A program made the position numbers and the translations under genes. This document shows positions 30,501-37,831 of a DNA stretch of 64,000 nucleotides, piece after piece. Origin of the DNA: a virus; the IMG/VR virus record IMGVR_UViG_3300042731_000990, positions 4,514 through 68,513 of that record. The stretch is one strand, 5' to 3'. Numbering within the stretch: the first letter of the stretch is position 1; each line of letters opens with the position of its first letter. Below the pieces are notes generated by a model that did not search any database, was not told where the DNA came from, and saw only the letters and a program-made list of their open reading frames with translations.

Positions 30501-32085
30501 TCCTGATGGTACAGCTTCTAAGAGTAAAGGTGTAAACCAGCTTAAGTCTAATTCATTTACTAAGCTTTCACCAGAACTAGTTCAGAGACTAGAAGCTGAA
30601 ATGGCAGAGTTGCTAAGTGACGATACTGTATTAGATAATGGTTCTACTGTTAGAGATAACACTTTAGATCTAATTCATTACTTACTGGTAAAGGATGGTC
30701 TTCAGTTTAAATCAGGTAGTTTCTTACGTAGTGTACCTGCTGAAGCTTTATCTCAAATCTTTAGTGTAAATACTAGAGTTATTGAAGCTGTTAAATCTGC
30801 TGAAAGCTTTGAAGAAATAGGTTTGAATGTCTTTGGTGAGAACAATAGTGTTCGTGCTATTATGGCTGAGTTCCTATTAAACTGGGGAGAGCATGCAGCT
30901 AGCACACAGCACCTACGTTCTATATTTGATCCAGCAAAACAAAAAGTTTCTAAGAATCTTATTGAAAAGAAAAAAGAAGTAGGTTCAAGAGTTTTTGAAT
31001 TTGTAGAATCAGATGGAGATGCTAAAGGTGTTCTTAATATTTCTTTATTCAATGATTATGCAAAAGATAAAGACTTTGCATTTAGAATGGATTTGATACG
31101 TAACGCTAATTTTGAAGTCCAAACTACTGTTACAGAAAAAGGTACCCGTCACAATGTTGTATTCCCTATGTATATTAAGATAGGTAGAGATGTATACAAA
31201 TTACGTACTTGGCAACGTAGTGAGTCTGGTACTGAGCCTTTATATAATGAAGAGACTGGTGAAGTATTAGGAACTACACAAGTAGAGAAGGGTGTTACTA
31301 GAACAGTTACAGCAGAAGGTATATCAGACTTTTTAGTATCAGAAAAGAGAGCTAATGGTGACTTTAAAATTAAAGGTAATCAAGCTCAGTATGTTAAGGT
31401 TACTAAAAAAGGTGAAGCCTCTCAGAACTTTGGTGGTGCTTATGCTTTAGGTGCTATTCCAGATTACAAAGCTCCTGAAGTTCCTACAGAAACAAAAGGT
31501 AAACCTGCTAAGCCAGAAGAAACTGGTAAAGGAGTTAAATCTACAGCACCTTCTCAAGGTAATGCATGGACGTTAACACAAGATGAAACAGGTGCAACAG
31601 TAGATACTACTGAAAAGTCAACTGTTATAGAAGGTCTAAGTGAAGAAAGTCCAGCTGCTGAAATAGTTACAGAAAAAAAGGTACCTATTGATAAAGCACT
31701 TGAAATGTCTTTGCGTCAATATGGTTATATTTACCAAGAGATTAAAGATGGTAAGTACTATCTTAATGATGTAGTAGGAGGTCCTACAGTTATAGAAGAA
31801 TCTAAGTTTAACTCTTGGTTTAGCAGTCTTGAAGCAAATCGTCCACAGCAGTTAGAAAAAGCTTTAGGTGATATGTTTGAGCAGATGAATCAAGCAGCTC
31901 AAAAGAATGCAGCATCTCAGGGTTTGACACCTGCAGAGATGAAACAAAATCTAGAGAATGCTACAGGTTCTGAAATATCTACAAGATCTGGTTTTATTAG
32001 TACTATGAAAACATTACTATCTATTCCAGGTGTAGAGATTAATCTTGAGGATATCTTTGATAGAATCCAAAGTTGTTACTTATAA
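18520..32085 (+). CDS. Giant virion-packaged DNA-dependent RNA polymerase (crAss-type, single chain) with zincin-like domain
   Basis: 4521 aa. Catalytic loop GADFDID (DFDID at 28819-28833) preceded by 'GVRIPSQ'; HEAFH (HExxH) at 24442-24456. Confidence 0.9.
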   Translation: MDLNLPGGVQQNTEPEKTTPSSNDTYSIFSKGVQANLGTYEGTALDPAKPLFTEYADQPFGLYETNYFRYANRSSFDRLGFSPFVDNEAIYNADASWYGEIGRGIRGAVALTGVSALDTLRSTGDLLRGDWESFISPDTSTALEFSDIMSRYGSTKGGATGFIANNLISTGFVTGMVLGSIPEYAAEALITAEAGGVGAFAGIANTGRKIFSGLRTADKALDAVKAGRKASTVLNQAGKSQKAAGAFARVLKQQADNIINVGGNKVVNMLNPFGNTTDFLVDMARAAKAGEALPSLAKGSGAMLRDMSLFKAAMTEATLEGGFTSNEVRDRAIAEFTEKNGRRPNEDELAQIQDAANLAGHRNVMGNLPVVLLTDKMVFEPLMKMGRTTSRVFGYNPVSSNLASRGIRNVDGTFTSKKISGANFKETMKLRSKAAIKGLLSPSGYVRRGKAVLKAGAGEGIQEVFQEISGGVFEEEGLETARTGRTNFLFNSYADNYKNLVEDPSQMPFWSMSGYLGDNVMKQFSGQGVETFLSGLFIGGLVGGGGSKLTKLMSLSTAKGRANYQAAKAEQDSLTEDLVNILNENIKDPFALFNPRVKNHIQAKELLKEQTEALLAGDFKKAKDIAEELRFNHLSTALQTGTYDIFKSKLEEMRQLDDAGISEATGIENANEARERLEESISYAESLKERYDQANKKFTNPFNPTAYNPNTEEYNRNKINYLAFEDARRDYIFLAESADKTQERMQNLRSEMGASGITSNWSAADVDSLTSVANLNREIGLLEEEILVGKGAQTEEEKKLLNEKKAKLKSLKSYKSELDKYINLVTKLETDSSPAADARREKAYEALKAKFSNYVNTINEASENPQEISQETLDNVFDSIVDHHLLEKDYAIASRSLNILNNPAALTELALRKAAIAEDVFVNRRKHIRKSVKTFKEKLGSNLDILNRLKGLGVVIPHDQLEAFIEKGEMPTELFSLYNGGEINLTKGKGKQAMQLITEYAEAQQERYAEKQKEAEAEAAEQKAKEEAAKKNNATPEQQENNRTESAKEDLKKEDKSLTVVQAFAQLAQQNKGIAVLLANRMAYNETQQTQEEFLNTPDGAKIVAIIQSVVEAYDVSQSTQPIHIWLRGNGAAQSIIIADAIAKYYPNAETSDIIAQLAGSVERRGDIAKAVEDIENSSDVITSVTKVYEDATNGYYVIEIKSNIAGQKNTEYSIVDASGAPIQSLMEPLVGTEVTTSKEEIINYLKGLGSTETATTETPKGKKPFVFDGRTLYEGQTLYIGNRKVTVDRNQTVDENGIVQRLRVRDKNGIVLRDAITSMSDVRVEAPAKISNKAQRLGKFTFGSTAQNRKLSDKELTELTEARMQMTEEEFMQSLSVEVTYNAQYVPVSQAGAHTNAKFNDKNEENPRIKLNADSSTRERAEIQLVFKNPMTGSSIVLSYLNDPLQYAFLDKSGNYVPNFNEGLATDSELFFGAEKEIVDRYKRHLSLVNYLVAEAQKGNTTFSLDSLEGYGFRLGNFSYNFATKLNEPKAAWEEVASKLGYSPTDKVVILDRKFISGTAITEENFTVVNGEFEKGEAKQYREALKSNPYVLNGLGRYVAIKLVPGAKPVVIELSPKNLTEERLDTLVNQLGTKIEDIRAKLAEGKDVTKEVIEFNDSFNNQFYVGYTISAGSRAQNFNVALEVRMNGTLRVNISPNNIGRTQIAGFDFNLNAAPKSFAELLSAVNTAIEANNNQIRKPQRAALLKPFDASMFFENINKDLDASDLSNFKTNVTASPLKAPSVIITQASLENLGGIEGVSLEEVPGSKVESEPVNDQLEALGSASSQASIEAEAEGEVEAEVEVSGIDQQINEVKKKIKERRKGLKPSQVAKDEQLKKLHQQLKDLRDKKNTANKVGNDFTFENEQQLEDFLGWVRAVLPDFITVESVDIIRDRMVKEGMTVGRFFTQIRPGAKGISELEGVIEITKDSPFKYHEAFHAVFRMLLSDQEIQKVLKLGEKELRADLRKKGMTMDQAIAKMVKTSSLYDGMSRQELKERLIEEFLADKFEEFKKDPKNTKINTEVKSLFRKILDFFIELFNDYPVDRITSVDQLFRTIDSGELKGRGVSSNQFTRDAAFSDNMAYAVLEYTEDTGGTDVARYLNAEDSQYILSSITALVDRARRETEEGSIEDLTYEALDTVSNLFDSDIKTYENPALQKRADQIYDVLGNPEAIASIVEYVEDQIAQFDAADQFMKDSLDALEDEFGGSARSSWSEEAESIGGLTSLPTLVRAVIGTTPVAEIDAFGNEFYIDAEGNLLTERIIVAADAPTVYNGLVRILADSSSDVDMFERLQAQRVMQSKSTSKSQTVTFIDKLFDTLGVSVLPDGSLDLNNIKRPQLFQAFVRAFDVSKRTYNFMAIDIKSGRVVTFESNRSNEAVTQLQTWQSAHDANVGSITSDSAARASTILNEVKDVFNESEYSANEVAELLQEFADITGIEISPAFVEYSYYKSRWMEGKLDLGSLEDQDLAFVITNTKVPAMTKEDLSNIANSFTVSKGRQLFLKNFEDVERTEENQASFTVGGRFKVLAEGNVFFNENIDTTTFNNANNKKIQTYQARNVITKVIQSLKDPAVRERIMNDPYLAEKQYLLSNEDFMAIIDELTTENIDGIGERKLSSQDKEAFGSTDRGRVYKGMTPREFMTQQLFSYTSKMKSVNGVITVPTLIRIMEASSQGMTVGLPITDAVEYNFKSENGYEFTDSYLDAIITEVERDLARITRVAAEIDDPRVPQLMNYHNGALRGLKLGETGDLISEELKQKLEEKAQKGEDISVADAKKLRKEIAEGLNAQFNLYKDKLANEGILAESVTLRQMLPGYAPTQGSSAVVSVKKGASLELVAHSKDEGKAVRDKKLSHNIAQYFFNDYLNTLAINQLVTGDPAESFKGPIDIVKRAKGYNVSGIKAAHSIVPADPNLGITSTFDQLGDLEHITFEDDAYTDGQFADKQDRDDGQLYMSVKGLRHVLFGMGRLTQFQAKVLNKLENGQKLTDAEVFGAFGKKGSVQFNAQTNSLKLVYFDGKNYLKMSAFLLTPEFVDRMSGNGLEGGNNFLANLLNKIQLREAQQGNVVFASPVSASKGRKANVIPRTGITSGNELLDSKYFNPLDPNYLYLSTETPSNKLKINNPTQMRHIILSELDGGKKVYVNGQETTVDALRKEYLQNDKSILTSRYLDKRKQLFDLEDFQNEIRKSRNLKQVTPKLEEFREYVVETLKGLGASPQEIAVFKDNTIDLNNPITLERFEQFVLSMFNKTVIQDKLPGYKLTLVSDSGVKVIRKRGTAKENGTSVDSVVSYEFFNKLSKEEQDSGDYYMDDLRYGVEEYGKDGKTVIGTYSEMMMPPHKKDAMGLNGEVTESGMFGVRIPSQDKHSAINLRVVDYLPAHYGSVGIFPKELVELSGADFDIDSLFVHRKEFYRDSAGDVKFHGEGSEQDRFEAYLRFLAKTNSDVKQGLQDGKLNAFVADVLDEVVEEVEYTLTDIKTAAREAGLPSTLKEYNKAVKENNNVDINLFAVQNRQLDIKMSLLGNSIMEPASLKAFEKFADYLKENAPEYYNKLQEQRRFINNALGKAESFFDIHEGAENIGPAVNTAIAYAFLNTMGVSATDAAFEIDGVEYKSFNNTEATDGSRIMDNLSTLITAMTDNAKEQLASKYGLNIEAVGQFAYMLSLGVPFNKALLLFQQPVVKEFFRRTANASSILNFNSDGSQKQMANLTATTFKELEMTLGEASEVTEEMMVKDLSLTETFADLVKDEDAINSQASVLALFKKIYTQSQTMRELASVVKVGAGVGQTMDQFDYKNDSYNKFVTEDTLEEIKKSGFPVEGLKEAIENHSIIQTEAEIRRELDVLFKSLFVSKAPLVKATMESIESSLSTSRTGYGKAKKQALNDFLGALLVKAYKTANSSNSRVLKNLSNGLIYEDLKASQPNVESVTEIVGSLRRHLKAAGKTNKFIQQYVFSIPAINPDGTASKSKGVNQLKSNSFTKLSPELVQRLEAEMAELLSDDTVLDNGSTVRDNTLDLIHYLLVKDGLQFKSGSFLRSVPAEALSQIFSVNTRVIEAVKSAESFEEIGLNVFGENNSVRAIMAEFLLNWGEHAASTQHLRSIFDPAKQKVSKNLIEKKKEVGSRVFEFVESDGDAKGVLNISLFNDYAKDKDFAFRMDLIRNANFEVQTTVTEKGTRHNVVFPMYIKIGRDVYKLRTWQRSESGTEPLYNEETGEVLGTTQVEKGVTRTVTAEGISDFLVSEKRANGDFKIKGNQAQYVKVTKKGEASQNFGGAYALGAIPDYKAPEVPTETKGKPAKPEETGKGVKSTAPSQGNAWTLTQDETGATVDTTEKSTVIEGLSEESPAAEIVTEKKVPIDKALEMSLRQYGYIYQEIKDGKYYLNDVVGGPTVIEESKFNSWFSSLEANRPQQLEKALGDMFEQMNQAAQKNAASQGLTPAEMKQNLENATGSEISTRSGFISTMKTLLSIPGVEINLEDIFDRIQSCYL

Positions 32086-32095
32086 ATAGAATACA

Positions 32096-35000
32096 ATGGC
32101 TAAAGTTTGTTTTAATAAAAACCTAGAAGAATACAAAGAACTCCAAGGAGTCTATGGTTCAGATCTTATTGTAGATGCGGTTATAGAATCTTATCAAAAG
32201 ATAAAGAAAACAGACGCATATCCTTCTGTTGAAGACGTAGCAGCAATGCTTAATGACAAAGGTCAGGTAGTTAAAATGGATCCTGTAAAAGCTAAATTAT
32301 TTAAAGCTGCTGGAGATTCATCTCTAAATCCTCAACAACGTCAAGTTGTACAGGATCTAGCAGAGTTCCACTTAGATGTAAAGTTTGAAGAAGAGGGTCA
32401 TAAGTATACTCATGTAGGTAGTGGTAAGCAATTAGATTCTACTACTACTTTAATGAAAGGTACCTTGGACGACATGGGTCAATATGCTGTTAATAGACGT
32501 ATTGGTAATTTGTTTGATAGAATGCTTGAGGCTGCTATACTAGGTCAATCCCTTGATTCAGTAAGTCTTGTATTTAGAGAAGAAGGTAAAGACGTTAGTC
32601 TGGTTATTGAAGATTCATTAAAAGAAGAAATCTGGAATTGGGCTCAGGATGTTGTAGCAGATTTACAAGCTGAAGGTTCTGTAGTTATACCACAGTTCCG
32701 TGTAAGTAGTGAAAAAGATAATGTAGCAGGTAGTATTGATATACTCGTAGTTAAAGCTAACGGTGAGTTGGAAGTACTTGATCTTAAATCTTCTAAGAAT
32801 TCTATTACTAGTGAGAATTACATTACCCCATATCCTCTTAAAGCTTCAGATAATACTAAAGGATACAAAGGTTCTAAGATTGCAGATGAGTTAGGTGGTG
32901 ATCAATACTTAAGCACAGAACAACAACATGCTTTACAAACGGGTCTTTATGCCCGCATGTTAATGAACAAAGGTTTTGTAGTATCAAGAACAGCATCTTA
33001 CCATGTTAAGTATAAAATGAATGACGATGCTACTACAGCTGTGGGATTTGATATAGAAGGTTACAGAGAGCATAATGCTGAAACTGACATGAAGACTTAT
33101 GCTGATGTAATTGTTAAGCTGGAAGAAAGTAATCAGACAGTAGATCAAAGTGGTCAGTTATCTAGAGAAATGGGTGAAGATGGTAAGCCTGAGATAGACG
33201 TTGAAGATGATGGAGTTAAGATAAATCATTTTGAACTTGCTCTTCTTATTAAGGAAAAGATCTACACACCTTTATCTCAAAGACTGAAAACTTTACAAGA
33301 TCTTTATGATAAGCGTGTAAACATTACAGATCCAAAACGTAATCTATTTGTACCTAAGCAAGCAGAAACCATTGATGCTCTAGCAGATCTTCTTTATATG
33401 ATAGATAAGGAAGGTAAGACCGGTAAATCTTTATTGGCTTATGGTCGTTTTATGAACTATGCTATTAAAGATGTAAACAAGTTTATAGAATACGTAGGTA
33501 ACGATAGTAATTTAAATAGAGAAGTAACAGCAGGGGTATTACAAAACTTTGGGATGTTCTTAAAAAGTTATGAATCTATATTGGCTGATACAGCTACACT
33601 AGATAAATTATTACCTCCAGAACAGTTGTCAATAGTTAGTAAGCTTAAAGACAAGTTAGCAGAAGGTAGAGAAGTTTTTGAAGCTTCTAAAAAAGAGTGG
33701 CTTATTAGAAGTATTCAAAGTGGTACATCTCAAGCACTTACAAGAGAACAGATAGAAACTGCTCTTAATGAAGCTCAGGATATAGGTAGAGGTGAAGCTT
33801 TCTTAGGTGATCTTACTACAAGTACTGATCTTATCTTAAGACTTATAGATAAGAAGTATAAGCAGCAACGTATTGAAGCTGATGATGAAGCTGCTAAATT
33901 TAACGCTCAAGTAGATGAGGCTATAGCAGATCTTGTAAGACTATCTCCTACAGAACTAGGTGGTAGTAAAGCTAAAGTTGATTACAGCTTTATGTATGAA
34001 GAAGTAAACGGTGAAGCATTAATTATTGACAGATTAGGATCTAATTATACTCAAAAACTTCAAGAGCTTAAGTCAGCTTTATATAATGAAGATGGTGATT
34101 ATATTCAGTATAGAGAAATAACTGATGTCAACAAGGCTTCTCAAGATGATATAGATCATAATAAAAGAGTATTTGAAGCACGTAAAAATTATAGAGAGTT
34201 TTTGAATGCTGAGATTATTGAGAAAGGTCAGGTAAAAGACGGAAAAGATCACAGATATACAGCTGAGTTTAAAGCTGAACGAGCCAAGTATGAAATGTTA
34301 GTTGGTAAACGTTGGGTTAAAAAGGTTGGAGTTAGTGATTATGCATATAGAAGATACCGTAATAAATACTATAATGTTCTTTCTGATATTATCGTTCCTG
34401 TTAAAAACTCTAAGGGTCAAACTACAGGAGCTACTAAACGTGTTTCTATTGAAGTAGTGGATCGTAAGTATGTAGAAGCAAGAGAAGTTAGTGCTGATGG
34501 TGTTAACTACTTAAATCCTGCATACGAGAAGCTGATGAATCCTACAACAGAATTAGGTAGAGCTCAAAAGAAATTTTATGAGTTTTATATAAATGAGTGG
34601 GTGGGTAAGAAGTTATCAAGTCTACCTAATGAGTATGAAAGTTTCTTAAAACATAGAGTTCCTGTACTTGAAGATCATGTAAATAACTTTGCTAATCTAC
34701 CGGTACCTTTAAGAGTGATAGCTAAAATAGGAAAGTCTTTGTATGACTTTTTTGCAGATTGGAGTTTACCTGTACCTCAAGTCAAAAGAACAAGGCTTGA
34801 TGAAAATGGAGATATTGTAAGTGCAGTACCTTTATTTATTCCTGGGTTTAGAGGAACAGCTTCTGAACAAAAGCTAAAAGATCTTGCTGAAGCTAAGGCA
34901 AAGGCCCGTAAAGACATGTTGGATGGTAAAATCACACATGATCAGTATAGAAAGATTAAACGAGATATTAAAGATCAAGAGAAACGTATAGAAAGAATGC

Positions 35001-36616
35001 CTAAAAAGGCACGTACTGATGTAAATATAGCAGATGCTATGAAAGCTCAGAATGCACAAGTGTCTTATTACAATCACATGACACGTCTTGAAGATACTTT
35101 TGCAATATTTAAACAGGCTGCAAAGGATAGAAGTTACTATTCTAGATCTCAAACTCAAGCTGATGGTACAGAAAAAAAAGAATTTGTAAAGCCTGAAGAA
35201 GTTAGAGCTACTAAACGTTTAGATAAGTGGTTTAAAATGACTTATAATAAAGAGAACTACTTTGATAATATGGACGGAGGTCAACGTAGAATGGAAGTAG
35301 GTGTACGTAAGTTATTACAAGGTTCTTCTCTTTTGTATGTAGGTCTTAGCCCTATTGCTAACGCTTCAAACTATATTTGGGGTAGAGTGTCAACTGTTTT
35401 AGAAACTGCCGGTGGTAGATACTATAGTAGAAATGCTATGACTAAAGCTGTTAGTCTATATAATACAGAGTTTTTAGGTGGAGTTATGCTTAAGACTATG
35501 AAAGGTTTTGATAAGCAGTTTAACTTTAAATCTAATCAGTCTATGTCTAAGTATGAGGCTCTGGCTAATCACTTTAATATGGCACGTCAGCTTATGGCTG
35601 GTGAAGAAAGATCTGATGCTCCTATACCAGGTGCTTATAAGTTGCAAGATTCTGCGGAATTTAATGTCCAGTCTAAAACTGGTATGGCTATTCTGTTATC
35701 ACAAACTCTTAAGGATCAAAACGGAACTGAAATGAATGTTTATGATGCTTATGATTTTAATCAGGAAACAGGTGAAGTTACTTTGAAACCAGGAGAGTGG
35801 ACACTTATAAAAAGAGATGATCAAGGTAATATAACTGAAGAAGTATCTTTTAATTCTACAGAGAAAGCTAATCTTCAGAATTACATTTACGAGGTTAACA
35901 AGCAAATGCATGGTAACTATGCAGAAGAAGATAGAGCTGCTTGGCAAGATAATACATTTGGTACTCTAGCATTCCAATTCCATAAATGGGTTTATCCAGC
36001 TTATAAAGCTCACTTTAAACGTAGATACTATGATGAAAACTTAGGTTACTATGAAGGTCGTGTAGTAAGTTTAATAAACTTTGGTCGTGCTATACGTGAT
36101 TATGGTAGCTGGGCTGAAGCTGTATCTGCAACAGATGAACTTGCTAAAGCTAATATTAGAAAGTTAGGAGCTCAGCTAACAGTCATTGTAAGTACATTCA
36201 TTATAGCTAATATTTTGAAAGGTATAATGAAATCTGTAGGTGATGATGAAGATGAAAATAAATTTATAAGACGTAATCTCAACGCATTAAGTTTCTTAAA
36301 TGATAGATTACAAGGTGAGGCTATGTTCTTCTTTAATCCTTATGAGTTAGCTACAGCTGCAGAGAGTCCTTTTGCTTCTAGTAGATATATCAAAAACTTG
36401 TGGGATGCTTTAAGTACTACTGCAATGTCTGCTTACTATGGAATAGTTCAAGACCACGAAGAGCTTTTAGATAATAAGAATGTATACTATCAAAAAGGTA
36501 GTAGAAAAGGTAAGCTTAAACTTGCTAAAGAGTGGGGTGATGTTATACCAGCTCTTTATCAGATAAACAGATACAAAGCCTTTGATACAGTCAGTAAAGA
36601 CTACAGAGCTAATTAA
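32096..36616 (+). CDS. Large virion cargo protein with N-terminal PD-(D/E)xK nuclease-like domain
   Basis: 1506 aa; 'HKY...STT', 'AGSIDILVV...LDLKSS', 'QTGLYARML'; hydrophobic segment near the C-terminus. Confidence 0.7.
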   Translation: MAKVCFNKNLEEYKELQGVYGSDLIVDAVIESYQKIKKTDAYPSVEDVAAMLNDKGQVVKMDPVKAKLFKAAGDSSLNPQQRQVVQDLAEFHLDVKFEEEGHKYTHVGSGKQLDSTTTLMKGTLDDMGQYAVNRRIGNLFDRMLEAAILGQSLDSVSLVFREEGKDVSLVIEDSLKEEIWNWAQDVVADLQAEGSVVIPQFRVSSEKDNVAGSIDILVVKANGELEVLDLKSSKNSITSENYITPYPLKASDNTKGYKGSKIADELGGDQYLSTEQQHALQTGLYARMLMNKGFVVSRTASYHVKYKMNDDATTAVGFDIEGYREHNAETDMKTYADVIVKLEESNQTVDQSGQLSREMGEDGKPEIDVEDDGVKINHFELALLIKEKIYTPLSQRLKTLQDLYDKRVNITDPKRNLFVPKQAETIDALADLLYMIDKEGKTGKSLLAYGRFMNYAIKDVNKFIEYVGNDSNLNREVTAGVLQNFGMFLKSYESILADTATLDKLLPPEQLSIVSKLKDKLAEGREVFEASKKEWLIRSIQSGTSQALTREQIETALNEAQDIGRGEAFLGDLTTSTDLILRLIDKKYKQQRIEADDEAAKFNAQVDEAIADLVRLSPTELGGSKAKVDYSFMYEEVNGEALIIDRLGSNYTQKLQELKSALYNEDGDYIQYREITDVNKASQDDIDHNKRVFEARKNYREFLNAEIIEKGQVKDGKDHRYTAEFKAERAKYEMLVGKRWVKKVGVSDYAYRRYRNKYYNVLSDIIVPVKNSKGQTTGATKRVSIEVVDRKYVEAREVSADGVNYLNPAYEKLMNPTTELGRAQKKFYEFYINEWVGKKLSSLPNEYESFLKHRVPVLEDHVNNFANLPVPLRVIAKIGKSLYDFFADWSLPVPQVKRTRLDENGDIVSAVPLFIPGFRGTASEQKLKDLAEAKAKARKDMLDGKITHDQYRKIKRDIKDQEKRIERMPKKARTDVNIADAMKAQNAQVSYYNHMTRLEDTFAIFKQAAKDRSYYSRSQTQADGTEKKEFVKPEEVRATKRLDKWFKMTYNKENYFDNMDGGQRRMEVGVRKLLQGSSLLYVGLSPIANASNYIWGRVSTVLETAGGRYYSRNAMTKAVSLYNTEFLGGVMLKTMKGFDKQFNFKSNQSMSKYEALANHFNMARQLMAGEERSDAPIPGAYKLQDSAEFNVQSKTGMAILLSQTLKDQNGTEMNVYDAYDFNQETGEVTLKPGEWTLIKRDDQGNITEEVSFNSTEKANLQNYIYEVNKQMHGNYAEEDRAAWQDNTFGTLAFQFHKWVYPAYKAHFKRRYYDENLGYYEGRVVSLINFGRAIRDYGSWAEAVSATDELAKANIRKLGAQLTVIVSTFIIANILKGIMKSVGDDEDENKFIRRNLNALSFLNDRLQGEAMFFFNPYELATAAESPFASSRYIKNLWDALSTTAMSAYYGIVQDHEELLDNKNVYYQKGSRKGKLKLAKEWGDVIPALYQINRYKAFDTVSKDYRAN

Positions 36617-36646
36617 AAAAGAGGGAGCACAAAGCTCCCTTTTTTT
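36615..36646. terminator. Bidirectional intrinsic terminator
   Basis: A-run, AGGGAGC-acaaa-GCTCCCT, T-run, between convergent ORFs. Confidence 0.85.
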
Positions 36647-36824
36647 ATACCAATACTCCAATTTGAAAGAATAATAAACCTATCACGAGTAAGTGATGTT
36701 GGTCTGGTTCTTCTTGTTCTTCTGATTTAAATACATAAGCTTTATTTATTTTAAAGCCTAATAGAACTTCATCCTTTGGAAGGACATTCACGGAAACTCT
36801 TGTCCCTAGTGAGATTGAGTACAT
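36645..36824 (-). CDS. Small hypothetical protein (59 aa, not in ORF track)
   Basis: MYSISLGTRVSVNVLPKDEVLLGF...LLVIGLLFFQIGVLV*; ends exactly at the terminator; A/T-rich leader. Confidence 0.55.
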   Translation of the reverse strand: MYSISLGTRVSVNVLPKDEVLLGFKINKAYVFKSEEQEEPDQHHLLVIGLLFFQIGVLV

Positions 36825-36855
36825 AATTAAATTGTTTAAGGTTAATATACTAATA

Positions 36856-36872
36856 TAAACTTTTCAGGTTTA
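36856..36872. promoter_or_regulatory. Imperfect palindrome TAAACTTTTCAGGTTTA
   Basis: Same TAAACYT-N3-ARGTTTA pattern as at 15691. Confidence 0.4.
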
Positions 36873-36925
36873 TCTCCCAACCTGAGAGGGATTTTATTTT
36901 TAGTTGTTTTCCTACAGCCATTTTC

Positions 36926-36941
36926 GTATCTTATATATAGA
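36926..36941 (+). promoter_or_regulatory. Putative phage late-promoter motif GTATCTTATATATAGA
   Basis: Upstream of the lysis/two-component operon; matches the recurring motif. Confidence 0.5.
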
Positions 36942-36959
36942 TAGAAACCAACAACTTAC

Positions 36960-37211
36960 ATGATGTTTAAAAAATTAAAATCAAAGCTTATGGCGTTTGC
37001 TGATATCTTTAAAGATGAAAATGATTACAATGAAAAGACTATTATTGGTTTTATGTCATTTGCTGTTATGGTAATTTTTGCTGTAGTAGATCTTGTTACT
37101 GGATACGTAGGTAAAGACCTCGTAATTAACGAAGGGATCTATAACAGTTTTGTTATAATCACTCTAGGTAGTTTTGGTATTGCAGGCCTAGAAAAATTTG
37201 CTAAGAAATGA
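36960..37211 (+). CDS. Putative holin (2 TM)
   Basis: 83 aa; two hydrophobic helices; basic C-terminus; overlaps the next gene. Confidence 0.55.
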   Translation: MMFKKLKSKLMAFADIFKDENDYNEKTIIGFMSFAVMVIFAVVDLVTGYVGKDLVINEGIYNSFVIITLGSFGIAGLEKFAKK

Positions 37212-37678
37212 AATTAGAAGTAGTAAGAATCAGCAGTCAAGAGGACAGCACAAACGGAATTTTATTTGATGTTACAGAAGGAAGAAAGTTTTTATGCTAC
37301 ACTCTTGAAGATGAGTATAGGGAAACAAAAGTTATGTCTGAAACACGAATTCCTGCTGGCACATATAAAATCACTCTTAGAACGGTAGGAGGTCACCATG
37401 AAAGATATACTAAGAAATATGGTGAAATGCACAAGGGCATGTTATGGGTACGTGATGTGCCTAATTTTAAGTGGATCCTTATTCATACTGGTAATACTGA
37501 TGAACACACTGCTGGGTGCCTCCTTGTTGGTGATAGTCAACAAAACAATGCTATCAAGGCTGATGGTTTTGTTGGTTCAAGTACTCAGGCGTATAAAAGA
37601 ATTTATCCTCCAATTGCTGCAGCTTTGGAAGCAGGAGAAGAAGTAACCATTACTTATATAGATTACGATACGGTATAA
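37208..37678 (+). CDS. DUF5675-like putative endolysin
   Basis: 'CYTLED...RIPAGTY...VPNF..ILIHTGN...TAGCLLVG' signature. Confidence 0.75.
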   Translation: MKLEVVRISSQEDSTNGILFDVTEGRKFLCYTLEDEYRETKVMSETRIPAGTYKITLRTVGGHHERYTKKYGEMHKGMLWVRDVPNFKWILIHTGNTDEHTAGCLLVGDSQQNNAIKADGFVGSSTQAYKRIYPPIAAALEAGEEVTITYIDYDTV

Positions 37679-37696
37679 ACGAAATAAACAAAACCA

Positions 37697-37831
37697 ATGG
37701 CAAAACACATTAACAATGCTAAGTTGACAACCTCTAAGAAACGTAGACCAGGGGTGCATGCTAAAACTAAAACTAGTAAAAGTAAAAATTCAGCTAATTA
37801 CAAAAAGAAGTATAAGGGACAAGGACGATGA
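37697..37831 (+). CDS. Small highly basic peptide (44 aa, not in ORF track)
   Basis: MAKHINNAKLTTSKKRRPGVHAKTKTSKSKNSANYKKKYKGQGR*; A-rich leader; ATGA overlap with the next ORF. Confidence 0.7.
   Translation: MAKHINNAKLTTSKKRRPGVHAKTKTSKSKNSANYKKKYKGQGR

Noticed and set aside
945-36661. Many short antisense or alternate-frame ORFs in the ORF track inside large structural genes
   Set aside because: They are shadow ORFs within long coding genes, with no motifs or initiation context.
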